64,000 nucleotides of DNA from an uncultured virus (IMG/VR IMGVR_UViG_3300042878_001709) (IMGVR_UViG_3300042878_001709:62001-126000), one strand, 5' to 3'; positions 50,101-59,051 are shown, counted from the first letter of the stretch. Notes: generated by a model from the letters alone, not told the origin. Numbers and translations: made by a program.

Positions 50101-53100
50101 ACTGCTAGTGGTGATTTTTCACACGCAGAAGGGGCGGATACATTTGCAATTGGGATTATGTCACACTCTGAAGGGTACTTCACAAGTGCTATCGGTGATT
50201 ATTCACATGCTGAAGGTAATTTATCAACCGCAAGTGGGGCTACATCACATGCGGAAGGATTTCAAACAATCGCAAGTGGGGTTACATCACACGCTGAAGG
50301 GGATAATACAATTGCAGGTGGAATTGCTTCACACGCTGAAGGTATACTAACTATTGCATTAGGAAATTATTCACACGCAGAAGGATCTTCAACTACTTCA
50401 TCAGGAAGTTATTCACACTCAGAAGGAGCTAGTACTTTGGCATCAGGACAAGGTTCACACGCTGAAGGTGCTATTACAACTGCATCAGGAACTGCTTCAC
50501 ACGCTGAAGGAGATGGAACTTTGGCATCAGGAACTGCTTCACACGCTGAAGGTTATTATAATATTGCATCAGGAGATTTTTCACACGCTGAGGGTGGGGC
50601 ATATTTTGGTAAATTAGGATTACAATCATTTCCAACAAGTGCAACAACTTACTCTTCTCACGCTGAAGGTGTAGGTACATTGGCATCAGGACAAGGTTCA
50701 CACGCTGAGGGGTGGTTTGGTATTTCGTCAGGTGCGTGGTCACACTCTGAAGGTCAAGGTACAACATCACTAGGTCAGTATTCTCACTCAGAAGGTGGTG
50801 GGTCTTTAGCAGGAGGTGTTAGTTCACACGCAGAAGGAATAAATACAAACTCTAACGGTACTGGTTCACACGCAGAAGGTGTTGGGACGTTATCACTAGG
50901 TCAATATTCGCACGCAGAAGGTGATGGATCAATATCTTCAGGTAATAGTTCACACGCTGAAGGTGCTTTGACGTTATCTCTAGGTGATTATTCACACTCT
51001 GAAGGATCGGGAACAACTGCATCAGGACTATATTCACACGCTGAAGGTGTAGAAAATGTGGCATCTGGTACTGCTTCACACGCAGAAGGTGGGGCATATT
51101 TTGGTAAATTCGGATTACAGGCTTTACCAACAAGTGCAACAACTTACTCTTCACACGCTGAAGGGATAGAGACTTTGGCATCAGGACAAGGTTCACACGC
51201 TGAAGGTTATCAGACATCTGCAACTACTTTCTATTCACATTCTGAAGGGGTAAGTACTTTGGCATCAGGACAAAATTCACACGCTGAAGGTATAGGTACT
51301 TTGGCATCAGGACAAGGTTCACACGCTGAGGGGGGAGGTACTTTGGCATCAGGACCTCTTAGTCACGCTGAAGGTGATAATACTTTGGCATCAGGACAAA
51401 GTTCACACTCTGAAGGATCGGGAACAACTGCATCAGGACCTCGATCACACTCTGAAGGAGGTACAACTATTGCATCAGGAATTTACTCACACGCTGAAGG
51501 TAAATATACTATTGCATCTGGAGATTCTTCACACTCTGAAGGTTATCAGACAACCGCAAGTGGTGTTTATTCACACGCTGAAGGTTATACAAATATTGCG
51601 TCAGGAACTGCTTCACACGCAGAAGGTGGGGCATATTTTGGTAAATTAGGATTACAATCATTTCCAACAAGTGCAACAACTTACTCTTCACACGCAGAGG
51701 GTACAGGTACTTTGGCATCAGGAATAGGTTCACACGCAGAAGGGTTTTTATCTATCGCATCTGGTAATAGTAGCCATGCTGAAGGTTATAATACTCAGTC
51801 ATTAGCGGAAAATTCACACGCTGAAGGTATCAATACTTTGTCATCAGGAAATGGTTCACACGCTGAAGGTCAAAATACTTTGGCATCAGGAATAGGTTCA
51901 CACGCTGAAGGACTTTCAACATCTGCCACTACTACATACGCTCACGCTGAAGGAGGAAATACTTTAGCATCGGGGTTATATTCACACGCTGAAGGAGAGA
52001 GTACAATCGCAAATGGGGTTACATCACACGCTGAAGGACTTTCAACAACCGCAAGTGGGGATTACTCACACTCTGAAGGTTATTTTAATATTGCTTCAGG
52101 TATTGCTTCACACGCTGAGGGTGGGGCATATTTTGGTAAATCTGGATTAGTGGCAAAACCGACAAGTGCAACAACTTACTCTTCTCACGCAGAGGGTACA
52201 GGTACTTTGGCATCGGGAATTGCTTCACACTCTGAAGGTATCAATAATATATCATCGGGAGAAGGTTCACACGCTGAAGGTAACTATACTTTGGCATCAG
52301 GAATAGCTTCGCACGCTGAAGGACTTTCAACATCTGCCACTACTTCATACGCTCACGCTGAAGGTGATAATACTTTGGCATCAGGAAATGGTTCACACGC
52401 TGAAGGTGGTAATACTACTGCTTCAGGAAATGGTTCTCACGCTGAAGGATCAGGTAGTTCTTCATTAGGGATATATTCACACGCTGAAGGAGGTGGTACA
52501 ATTGCATACGATAACGGTTCACACTCTGAAGGTCTATCAACTAGAGCAATAGGGTTATATTCACACGCTGAAGGTAACGCAACAAGTGCAACGACTTCTG
52601 GTTCTCACTCTGAAGGCTGGGGCACTATTGCTTATGAAAGTTATCAACACGTATCTGGTAGATGGAATACTACAGGTAATACGAATCAATACTTCATTAT
52701 CGGTAGAGGTACCAATAACGCTTCTAGATCAAACGCATTTAGAGTTGATTCGTCTGGTAACGTTTATGGTGCAGGTGCTACATATAACTCTGGTGCGGAT
52801 TACGCTGAATACTTTGAATCTTTATCAGGAGATTCAATACCTTACGGTACAGTAGTCGAATTAGTAGATGATAAAATAAAAGTTTGTGTTGACGCAAATA
52901 ACGCTATGGGTGTTATTTCTTCTAACCCTACACTTATCGGAAACAATGAAGGTGGTACTGCTGATGAATGGGTAGGAAAATATGAAAAAGATGAATGGGG
53001 TAGATATATTATGGAAGACTATTCATATGATGCGATAGATTATATGACTGAAAGTGAAACAACCATTTACAAAACAATAACGGAACAAACACCAAAATTA

Positions 53101-53271
53101 AGTCAAGATTTTAATCCTAATATGACATATATTCCTAGATCTGAAAGACCTGAATGGAATGTTGTTGGGTTAGTCGGTCAAGTAAGGGTACTGAAAAATC
53201 AACAGATACCAAGTAGGTGGATAAAAATGAAAGATATAAATAATGATATCGCCCTATATTTAATTAGATGA
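47179..53271 (+). CDS. long tail fibre/adhesin with YadA-head-like SHAEG repeats and C-terminal peptidase G2-type autocleaving chaperone
   Basis: GIGT..P fibre motifs, 14 aa SHAEG repeats, C-terminal GADYAEYFE...GVIS...W.GKY.KDEWG...YIPRSERPEW.VVGLVGQ. Confidence 0.88.
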   Translation: MPINKFTTLLDLSRQAKIITGETATFDGKILSGIPFSGYPTGVNTATTVSLGVVSTENAVFSGNTGTTVFDVSNPLSPYYNPLFSGYTATTWTNPLFSATTSGLTLPITILSADTQVVGPFWTLTQTGYTGDYIIGTEYTGYSVTYSFINVSQFNPNVFSGVTSASQENFSAGTLDYKGPLDYLSSKENISVDGRLITNKITISNGASSATTNYVLTQIDDTGKGGWSSVSSLLSGSCLPIVNLETINDCSSGITFNSDVTINGDVIVNGSATTINTEIIRSKDNNIILNYSGTHLTAIGGGFTLEDGVSNGVDSRIYSDSNGVWLFDPSLSANSGTIINFSADTIGSSGDCVNDLYVSNIHSCSPLNINPLNEGDVYFGSTSGVTIDVTHSRIGIGTDSPNYPLQILGGNSTFYYDPTSLGGDSRISGNTNLPRYTVSIAPYLTKPSAGSQFGMRCWDDATSPNYGKVGDTFMYAGNASNGLNLINSPGTGTEDYIRLYAGQTVNGTTPDIHIQGSGVTRGYVGISTSNPQYLLDIVNTNSRLFYDPTSVGGRFSISGKTNVPRFGVEVPPYLTKPLASASLGIRAWDDLLYPDYGNPGDVHLYAGVNAYGLNIISEYGATSADYIRFYAGQDASSGNTPDIHIQGSGVTRGYVGIGTKTPTERLTVSGTSFFKTSSLTTGTSPSFYYLDGVSTPTDTSTIKSIYKEFRPTTTSSSNVVGDGTLLYPNITSPTNGEFYSKANLILYTGDLSLLNSNEALTSEINVVQIQTNTGTYNDIVKSSSSVLRNLTAGGTINEYVGFWMNGFDITLTHNGSTNNIYGFYMDDQSTRSGNIPPPTNRWGIYIKDAGYNYIAGYLGIGTTTPSEKLDVSGKTKTTTLQVTSGATNGYVLVSDSIGNATWQSASGATSGVTFWTASTGVDAIVVKNSGSVASGLLSLAQGYQTTASGDTSHAEGYQTIAGGNFGSHAEGFQTTASGDFSHAEGADTFAIGIMSHSEGYFTSAIGDYSHAEGNLSTASGATSHAEGFQTIASGVTSHAEGDNTIAGGIASHAEGILTIALGNYSHAEGSSTTSSGSYSHSEGASTLASGQGSHAEGAITTASGTASHAEGDGTLASGTASHAEGYYNIASGDFSHAEGGAYFGKLGLQSFPTSATTYSSHAEGVGTLASGQGSHAEGWFGISSGAWSHSEGQGTTSLGQYSHSEGGGSLAGGVSSHAEGINTNSNGTGSHAEGVGTLSLGQYSHAEGDGSISSGNSSHAEGALTLSLGDYSHSEGSGTTASGLYSHAEGVENVASGTASHAEGGAYFGKFGLQALPTSATTYSSHAEGIETLASGQGSHAEGYQTSATTFYSHSEGVSTLASGQNSHAEGIGTLASGQGSHAEGGGTLASGPLSHAEGDNTLASGQSSHSEGSGTTASGPRSHSEGGTTIASGIYSHAEGKYTIASGDSSHSEGYQTTASGVYSHAEGYTNIASGTASHAEGGAYFGKLGLQSFPTSATTYSSHAEGTGTLASGIGSHAEGFLSIASGNSSHAEGYNTQSLAENSHAEGINTLSSGNGSHAEGQNTLASGIGSHAEGLSTSATTTYAHAEGGNTLASGLYSHAEGESTIANGVTSHAEGLSTTASGDYSHSEGYFNIASGIASHAEGGAYFGKSGLVAKPTSATTYSSHAEGTGTLASGIASHSEGINNISSGEGSHAEGNYTLASGIASHAEGLSTSATTSYAHAEGDNTLASGNGSHAEGGNTTASGNGSHAEGSGSSSLGIYSHAEGGGTIAYDNGSHSEGLSTRAIGLYSHAEGNATSATTSGSHSEGWGTIAYESYQHVSGRWNTTGNTNQYFIIGRGTNNASRSNAFRVDSSGNVYGAGATYNSGADYAEYFESLSGDSIPYGTVVELVDDKIKVCVDANNAMGVISSNPTLIGNNEGGTADEWVGKYEKDEWGRYIMEDYSYDAIDYMTESETTIYKTITEQTPKLSQDFNPNMTYIPRSERPEWNVVGLVGQVRVLKNQQIPSRWIKMKDINNDIALYLIR
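48355..49170 (+). repeat. internal duplication of a module of about 125 aa in the fibre
   Basis: YDPTS.GG...PYLTKP...WDD..P.YG..GD...YAG...GLN...DYIR.YAGQ...TPDIHIQGSGVTRGYVGI occurs twice. Confidence 0.85.
50032..52617 (+). repeat. coding tandem array, 42 bp unit, about 59 copies of [SA]H[AS]EG
   Basis: tcacacgctgaagg recurs every 42 nt; four 25 aa variant units at 50593, 51088, 51625 and 52120. Confidence 0.95.
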
Positions 53272-55028
53272 GTAATATATACCAACATAATTTTGACAAT
53301 TGTTTAAAAATGAGATTAAGTAACAGTGACTACTGGGACTTATTTTTATGTTATGATTGTACAGACGAACAAGATAATGATCAAATATTAGAGGATTGTA
53401 TTTTAGTAGACATTGATATTGATAATGATGCGTGTTACTCAGGAAATACTCTTTATAGTTTAACTACTTGGACAGGTGCAACAATCAATGGTAGTGGAAT
53501 CACATTAAATGATATTGGTTTGACGGGTATTGATAATGGTTTTATAATATACGATTGTAATACACCAACCAGTGGGGCAACTTTTTTATCATCGTTTACA
53601 GGATCATCTTTAACATTAACATCAGCAGATACAAGGTTCTCTATGACTAGAGTTACTGGTTGTACATACGATTACCCAATAGATGTTCTTACGGACTTAG
53701 AGGTAGGTAGATATTCTCAATTATGTGGTGGGTTTTATCAAGGATTCTTTAAATTATCTGATATCACCTATTTCAATGAAATAAGTGATAATAAATTTAT
53801 TTGGCCGTTAGATTGGTTTAGATGTCCTACTATTTGTAGTGGAGACACCGTAACTGATTGTTGTGGTACGGGTGATACAACAGGACAAACTTGTACTGTC
53901 GATCCGAATAAGGCGTATCAATGTTATTTAGATACAAAACCAATTCCATACAATTATCAAATATTACCTGAAAGATTAGGTGGTTTAGATGTCGAATGTT
54001 TAGATGGGTGGACGGCAACGTTCTTATTAAATAAAAGTTCCGAATCTTGTGTAGGTAATACACTTAATAATACATACCCTAATAATAAAGGATTTTTCTT
54101 TTATATGGGTACTAGGGCAGAAAATAAGTTTTGGGATTTATTTAGTGGTGAAACTGGGTATACTACCTCATCAGGATATCCTTTACCCCCACCTGTGATT
54201 TCAGAAGAAGTGTTAAATAATAATCCTTTTTTAGTATATCAACCATCAAGTTGTTGTTGTTTTAGTGGTATAACTACAGAAATAACACAAGAAAAAGATA
54301 AAAATGCGGACATTATAGATAACGCATTAGGGTTTAGAATTAAGGATGATGGAAGTATAGGGTTTAGAACTATAATATTGACAGGAGTTTGTTCGGCAGT
54401 TACGGCAACGACAATAGTAGATTGTCATGAACAATGTGGATGTGGGTGTACAGGAACTACTACGGCAACTTCGGTAACCACAAAATATGTTACAGGAACT
54501 AGTATTTATGAATGTTATAGTTCTCCTGGTATTATATCAGAAGATGTGTGGACAAATGTTGCAATAAGGTTTAAACCTTATGAACAATATACCCAATGTG
54601 AATTAGTGAATAAACCTAGAAGAAAAGGTGTATTAACAGTTTATGTTAATGGATATTTAAAATGGACTTTAGAGGATTTTGATGAGTTTATTTTTAGGGA
54701 ATTAGATGAATATAGAGAAAAACAACAAGGTGTCCCATTTAATTACAGTTTAGGTGGGGGTACTCAAGGATTAATAGAATCTAATACAGTTAATGGTCCT
54801 GATATTAAGGACGAAAACTTAGTACTACAAGAAAATTTTGCTGGTACTTTTGAAGGTGGGATTAGTAAATTTAAATTGTATGGTTGTAGTTTAGATATTA
54901 CAACTATAAGAGAAGGATTTAGTAGTTATACACCACCGATACCACCAGATCAAATTCTTATTAATCCGATACTTACTCAGAATGGTGAATATATGAGTGT
55001 TGGTGGGGATTTTTACTTAATTTTTTAA
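53268..55028 (+). CDS. Cys-rich virion protein with LamG/concanavalin A-like C-terminal domain
   Basis: WTNVAIRF...GVLTVYVNGYL...SLGGG...FEGGISKFKLY; ATGA-coupled to the fibre gene. Confidence 0.65.
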   Translation: MSNIYQHNFDNCLKMRLSNSDYWDLFLCYDCTDEQDNDQILEDCILVDIDIDNDACYSGNTLYSLTTWTGATINGSGITLNDIGLTGIDNGFIIYDCNTPTSGATFLSSFTGSSLTLTSADTRFSMTRVTGCTYDYPIDVLTDLEVGRYSQLCGGFYQGFFKLSDITYFNEISDNKFIWPLDWFRCPTICSGDTVTDCCGTGDTTGQTCTVDPNKAYQCYLDTKPIPYNYQILPERLGGLDVECLDGWTATFLLNKSSESCVGNTLNNTYPNNKGFFFYMGTRAENKFWDLFSGETGYTTSSGYPLPPPVISEEVLNNNPFLVYQPSSCCCFSGITTEITQEKDKNADIIDNALGFRIKDDGSIGFRTIILTGVCSAVTATTIVDCHEQCGCGCTGTTTATSVTTKYVTGTSIYECYSSPGIISEDVWTNVAIRFKPYEQYTQCELVNKPRRKGVLTVYVNGYLKWTLEDFDEFIFRELDEYREKQQGVPFNYSLGGGTQGLIESNTVNGPDIKDENLVLQENFAGTFEGGISKFKLYGCSLDITTIREGFSSYTPPIPPDQILINPILTQNGEYMSVGGDFYLIF

Positions 55029-55122
55029 TCCACCACAACTAATTAACCCTATTTTAATAGAAGAGAATGAGTATTTAATCATTGGGGTGAATGAATATTT
55101 ACAATATAATGGAATATTATAA
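55020..55122 (+). other. candidate +1 frameshift site (ATT TTT TAA) and 31 aa extension
   Basis: The +1 frame reads NPPQLINPILIEENEYLIIGVNEYLQYNGIL*, repeating the preceding LINPILTQNGEYMSVGGDFYLIF. Confidence 0.6.
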
Positions 55123-55130
55123 AAATAACG

Positions 55131-55138
55131 ATATTTAT
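55131..55138 (+). promoter_or_regulatory. putative late promoter ATATTTAT
   Basis: Heads genes 55157 and 56588. Confidence 0.65.
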
Positions 55139-55156
55139 AAAATAAAATAGAATTTT

Positions 55157-56560
55157 ATGGCACTTACTGGAAAAACAATCGGTCAATTAACATATCTATC
55201 TGGAGTATCAAATGATACATTATTTCCTGTAGAATTAAATGGCGACACATACCATATTAATTATTCATCCATTACAAAAAATGAAGAGGTAACTTACTCA
55301 GAACTTGTAAATAAGATTACGGGTGAGACATTAACACCAAATAGATTCTATTTGATGACTGATTATCAAACGTGTTATGATCAACCAAACTTTGATGCTA
55401 ATGGTTCGGCAATAACAACGGGTAACTATAAAACAGGAACAACAGAACCAATATTATTGCTAGCAATTTCAACAACAGGATTCTCCCCTACAGTTTATTC
55501 AACACTATATCCACAAGATAAAATCTCTTATGATATTACTTGGAATGCAACTGAAGTTACAGATAATCCTGCTAAAGGTAGAATTACTGAAAGAATTGAC
55601 GAGTTTAATAACAGAACAGATTATGACCATAGACAAGTGGTATTTAAACGATACGAAACATCACTTTCAAGTGGTATTTATACAGTAATTAAAGATAATG
55701 GGAATCCTTACATTGATGATATTCCAACTTTTGGAACAGGTTGTTATTCTAATAAAATAGGGAACTTTTATACCACCTTAGATTTAAACAATACAGGTTT
55801 TATTTTATCAAATAATATATTTGATGATGATTGTTGGGACAATACAACAGGGGCAGATTTTTATAATAATACAATCGGTTCAATAGTTTATGAAAATAAA
55901 TTTGGGGATTCATGTCATGATAATGTGATAGAAGGAGATGCTTATAACAATGTGGTAAATAACAACTTTAGTTTAAACACAATAGGTGGTCAATTTTATA
56001 ATAATACCATATTCAATGGATTTAGATTAAATGTGATAGGGTCACAATTTGAAGGAAATGAAATTTTAAGTGGATTTAGAGAAAATCAAACATCTGCAGG
56101 ATTTGCTAAAAATAGAATTGGTTATGATTTTAGAAATGTAGGTATAACTATTGGAACAAACTTTTTAGATAATCAAATAGGGAACAATTTTACTGATAAT
56201 ATTGCTATTGGAGATGACTTCCAAAATAATGTGATAGGTAACAATTTTCAAGAAAATAACATTGGAAATGGATTTTTTTCAAATCAAATAGGAAACCAAT
56301 TTACTAATAATACTTGTTATGGTTCATTCCAATGGAATATTGTTAATACCGAAGTTAATAATGTTTGTTTAAGTACGGGTATGTTATTTGATATCACAAC
56401 AGTTAATGTATTTAGAAATAAAAATGGTGATGATAGATTATCGTATTACGATGAATTAGATGTTCTAACAATAGAAACATTAACTGAAGCTCCTTGTTTA
56501 GGCGGATTAAACGCATTAGACATACCAGAAAATGATTTGAATTTCGGATTAATATTATAA
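55157..56560 (+). CDS. tail fibre/spike-like protein with beta-helix repeats
   Basis: KTIGQL N-terminus, VTYSEL...Y.MTDYQT motif, repeated N.IG..F..N units. Confidence 0.7.
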   Translation: MALTGKTIGQLTYLSGVSNDTLFPVELNGDTYHINYSSITKNEEVTYSELVNKITGETLTPNRFYLMTDYQTCYDQPNFDANGSAITTGNYKTGTTEPILLLAISTTGFSPTVYSTLYPQDKISYDITWNATEVTDNPAKGRITERIDEFNNRTDYDHRQVVFKRYETSLSSGIYTVIKDNGNPYIDDIPTFGTGCYSNKIGNFYTTLDLNNTGFILSNNIFDDDCWDNTTGADFYNNTIGSIVYENKFGDSCHDNVIEGDAYNNVVNNNFSLNTIGGQFYNNTIFNGFRLNVIGSQFEGNEILSGFRENQTSAGFAKNRIGYDFRNVGITIGTNFLDNQIGNNFTDNIAIGDDFQNNVIGNNFQENNIGNGFFSNQIGNQFTNNTCYGSFQWNIVNTEVNNVCLSTGMLFDITTVNVFRNKNGDDRLSYYDELDVLTIETLTEAPCLGGLNALDIPENDLNFGLIL

Positions 56561-56587
56561 ATAAATAAAAAATAAAAAAACAAAAAA

Positions 56588-57658
56588 ATGATACAAGGAA
56601 TTAGAATAACAAGCACAAATTTATCAGGACTAACGGCAAACATTACTTTTTTACCAACAACTGGTGGAACCTTTAATTTAGGGTCTGAAGTAATACCATT
56701 TAACAATATTTCGGATTATCCTTACGGAACATACGAATTAGACGTTCCATTATATGATAGAACATATGAAATAGTTGTACCAGCACCATTAACAGGTCAG
56801 AGTGCATATACTGAAACAGTAAGAACTGTTACCGTTGACGGAGGAGTACAACCATTCTCAGGAGCGGTATTATCTGAAGTATGGGGAACATATACAACAA
56901 AGTATATCACAAATGAAGGAATACCATCAACTGATATTATTTTAGCTGAAGGTATTTGTTCTGACGATGTTGACGCATCATACTTACCAAACAATATTGG
57001 TCAATGGCCCAATAGTATTAACTCATTTTTAGGTCCATTTATGTCAGGAGGTTTGGCTGGGTTCCCATTTGTTGGGACAGTTGGATACGGTGCATTCTCA
57101 AGTCACGTTACAAACACTGGAACTTTATTTGTCACAAGTATGCCACACATCGGTGTTACTGAAGATGGTCGTTCAGGTAGAATGTTGAGAAGGGGTAAAG
57201 ATGATAGTCTTACAGATAATACCTGTGGTGCGGTTTGGGGGGCAATTAATCAAGTTGTCAATGTATTAACCAATGCCCCAAATATAGAAAATCCACCATT
57301 TGACAATGGTAACTATTCTTTTTGGAAATTAACTGATATTTTATGGCCGCACAAATATGCATTAACAGATTTTACTGGTACTTCTGAAGAAATATATAAT
57401 AATCAAATGATTTTGGCGACACAAATAATTAGAGACGCCGCATACGATTATATCATTACAAATTTACCGTCACAAACAGAATCGTTTACTGAAAATCCAG
57501 TTTACTTTTTAAGTGGTATATTTATTAATTCAGATGTTAATGTGGGTACAACACAATTTGAATCGTATGTTGTAGTCGATAAAGTTATGAAATATGTATT
57601 TGATGATCAGTGGTATGATATAACATCAGATTATAAGTTAGGGTTACCAATTGATTAA
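56588..57658 (+). CDS. LCIB/LCIC-family (theta-type) carbonic anhydrase domain with N-terminal beta module
   Basis: C124-S-D126, GGLAGFPFVG..G..AF..H173, PH187IG....G..G...R.G, C213GA, SGIFIN, in LCIB-family order. Confidence 0.82.
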   Translation: MIQGIRITSTNLSGLTANITFLPTTGGTFNLGSEVIPFNNISDYPYGTYELDVPLYDRTYEIVVPAPLTGQSAYTETVRTVTVDGGVQPFSGAVLSEVWGTYTTKYITNEGIPSTDIILAEGICSDDVDASYLPNNIGQWPNSINSFLGPFMSGGLAGFPFVGTVGYGAFSSHVTNTGTLFVTSMPHIGVTEDGRSGRMLRRGKDDSLTDNTCGAVWGAINQVVNVLTNAPNIENPPFDNGNYSFWKLTDILWPHKYALTDFTGTSEEIYNNQMILATQIIRDAAYDYIITNLPSQTESFTENPVYFLSGIFINSDVNVGTTQFESYVVVDKVMKYVFDDQWYDITSDYKLGLPID

Positions 57659-57670
57659 ATAAATAAAAAA

Positions 57671-57727
57671 ATGGTAACAAAATACATAGTAGATAACTTA
57701 AAAAAACAAATAATAGATATTTATTAA
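57671..57727 (+). pseudogene. 18-codon remnant duplicating the start of the next gene
   Basis: MVTKYIVDNLKKQII versus MAKTKYIVNNLLGQKI at 57740. Confidence 0.55.
57717..57724 (+). promoter_or_regulatory. putative late promoter ATATTTAT
   Basis: 15 nt before ATG 57740. Confidence 0.6.
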
Positions 57728-57739
57728 TAAAATAAAATT

Positions 57740-58297
57740 ATGGCAAAAACAAAATATATTGTAAATAATTTATTAGGTCAGAAAATTGGAGGAGAATCAT
57801 TAATTCCAATGTATAGTCAATCAATAATTTATACAGGAAATCAAATAAATTGTTTAAATGTTAATAGTGGTATGACCCTAACTGAAGTTGTTGAATCAAT
57901 TGGTAACACATTTTGTTCGACACCTCCTATTTATACGTGTGGAGACTTTGTATTAATAACTAATCCAATTGGGGAGTGCCAAAACCCGTTACAATATCTA
58001 TTTAATCAGTCAATTTTATCTTGGTGTGAAGAACATCCACCAGTAGTTCCTTGTACAAGTAATGTAAATTCTTTAGATTACTTATTCGATCAAGTAATTG
58101 AAAATTGGAATAACGAACATCCTCCTGTGGTACCTTGTACAAGTAATGTTAATTCTTTAGATTACTTATTTGATCAAATAATTGAAAATTGGAATAACGA
58201 ACATCCGCCATTAGTTCCTTGCACAAGTAATGTAAATTCTTTAGATTACTTATTCGATCAAGTAATTGAAAGTTGGGAAAACCAACAATTAGTTTAA
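57740..58297 (+). CDS. Cys-containing repeat protein, putative virion
   Basis: Three 28 aa tandem repeats at the C-terminus. Confidence 0.7.
   Translation: MAKTKYIVNNLLGQKIGGESLIPMYSQSIIYTGNQINCLNVNSGMTLTEVVESIGNTFCSTPPIYTCGDFVLITNPIGECQNPLQYLFNQSILSWCEEHPPVVPCTSNVNSLDYLFDQVIENWNNEHPPVVPCTSNVNSLDYLFDQIIENWNNEHPPLVPCTSNVNSLDYLFDQVIESWENQQLV
58031..58282 (+). repeat. 3 x 84 bp coding tandem repeat
   Basis: Units start at 58031, 58115 and 58199: EHPPVVPCTSNVNSLDYLFDQVIENWNN. Confidence 0.95.
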
Positions 58298-58322
58298 AAT
58301 AAAATAAAATAAAAAATGAAAA

Positions 58323-58946
58323 ATGAAAGAACAAATTATGAACACAATAAATGAAATTTTAGACAGAACTCTTGATAAGGGAATATTACAGAGTAATAAT
58401 GAGTTGGACATTTGTTGTCCAGACTGCGTTCAAAATATGAACGATAATAATGTTAGTATATATACAATTTCATCTGTTGAGACATTTTTAAAATTTTCCG
58501 AAGCGATTGGTTTTAACAGAGGGATTACCCCAACTTGTTGTCCACAGATAACTGCATCAGTAGAAACCAGTTTAAAATTTAATGAGGCTTTTGGGGATTC
58601 ACCAACAAATCCTGTACCGTCATGTCCAACAAACTTTAATGAATGTATGAACACTCTTAAAAACTCTTTGACAAGTGAAGGTGTTGACCGAATATTGGAT
58701 AAAGGAGTTGTTGAGTATGGGTCGTTAAGTGGATTTTCACAAATATGTAGAATTGATGAATTTATTGATTTATCGATAAGTTTAGACCCTCAATCAGGAA
58801 CTAAAGAAGAAATAATTGATAGAATTATTGATAAAGGTATTGTTGTTAGTTGTTATGATGACGAAATTGTTATTTCTTCCGTTGAGACTTGGTTAAAATA
58901 TGCAGAGGCAAATGGTTTAACTTATACAATGGCAATACCTGCATAA
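58323..58946 (+). CDS. Cys-containing internally repeated protein
   Basis: DR..DKG x3, SVET.LK..EA x3, CCP x2. Confidence 0.7.
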   Translation: MKEQIMNTINEILDRTLDKGILQSNNELDICCPDCVQNMNDNNVSIYTISSVETFLKFSEAIGFNRGITPTCCPQITASVETSLKFNEAFGDSPTNPVPSCPTNFNECMNTLKNSLTSEGVDRILDKGVVEYGSLSGFSQICRIDEFIDLSISLDPQSGTKEEIIDRIIDKGIVVSCYDDEIVISSVETWLKYAEANGLTYTMAIPA

Positions 58947-59051
58947 AACACACATCCATAATTATAACGAATCTTCCTACCTTAAAATAGATTTACACGA
59001 ATCAGATTAAGTCAAAGAATCGCAAAATATTTTCAAAAAATAAATTAACTA

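Noticed and set aside
50593..52200. Near-identical fibre segments as DGR template and variable repeats
   Set aside because: All copies are coding within one ORF, differences are not confined to adenines, and no reverse transcriptase is in the window
58031..58282. 84 bp repeats as a CRISPR array
   Set aside because: Units are contiguous with no unique spacers, in frame within an ORF, and no cas genes are present
58947..59050. Intergenic stretch with three GAATC copies as an ncRNA or operator array
   Set aside because: Spacing is irregular, no convincing stem, and the minus-strand TTGACT has no properly spaced partner box
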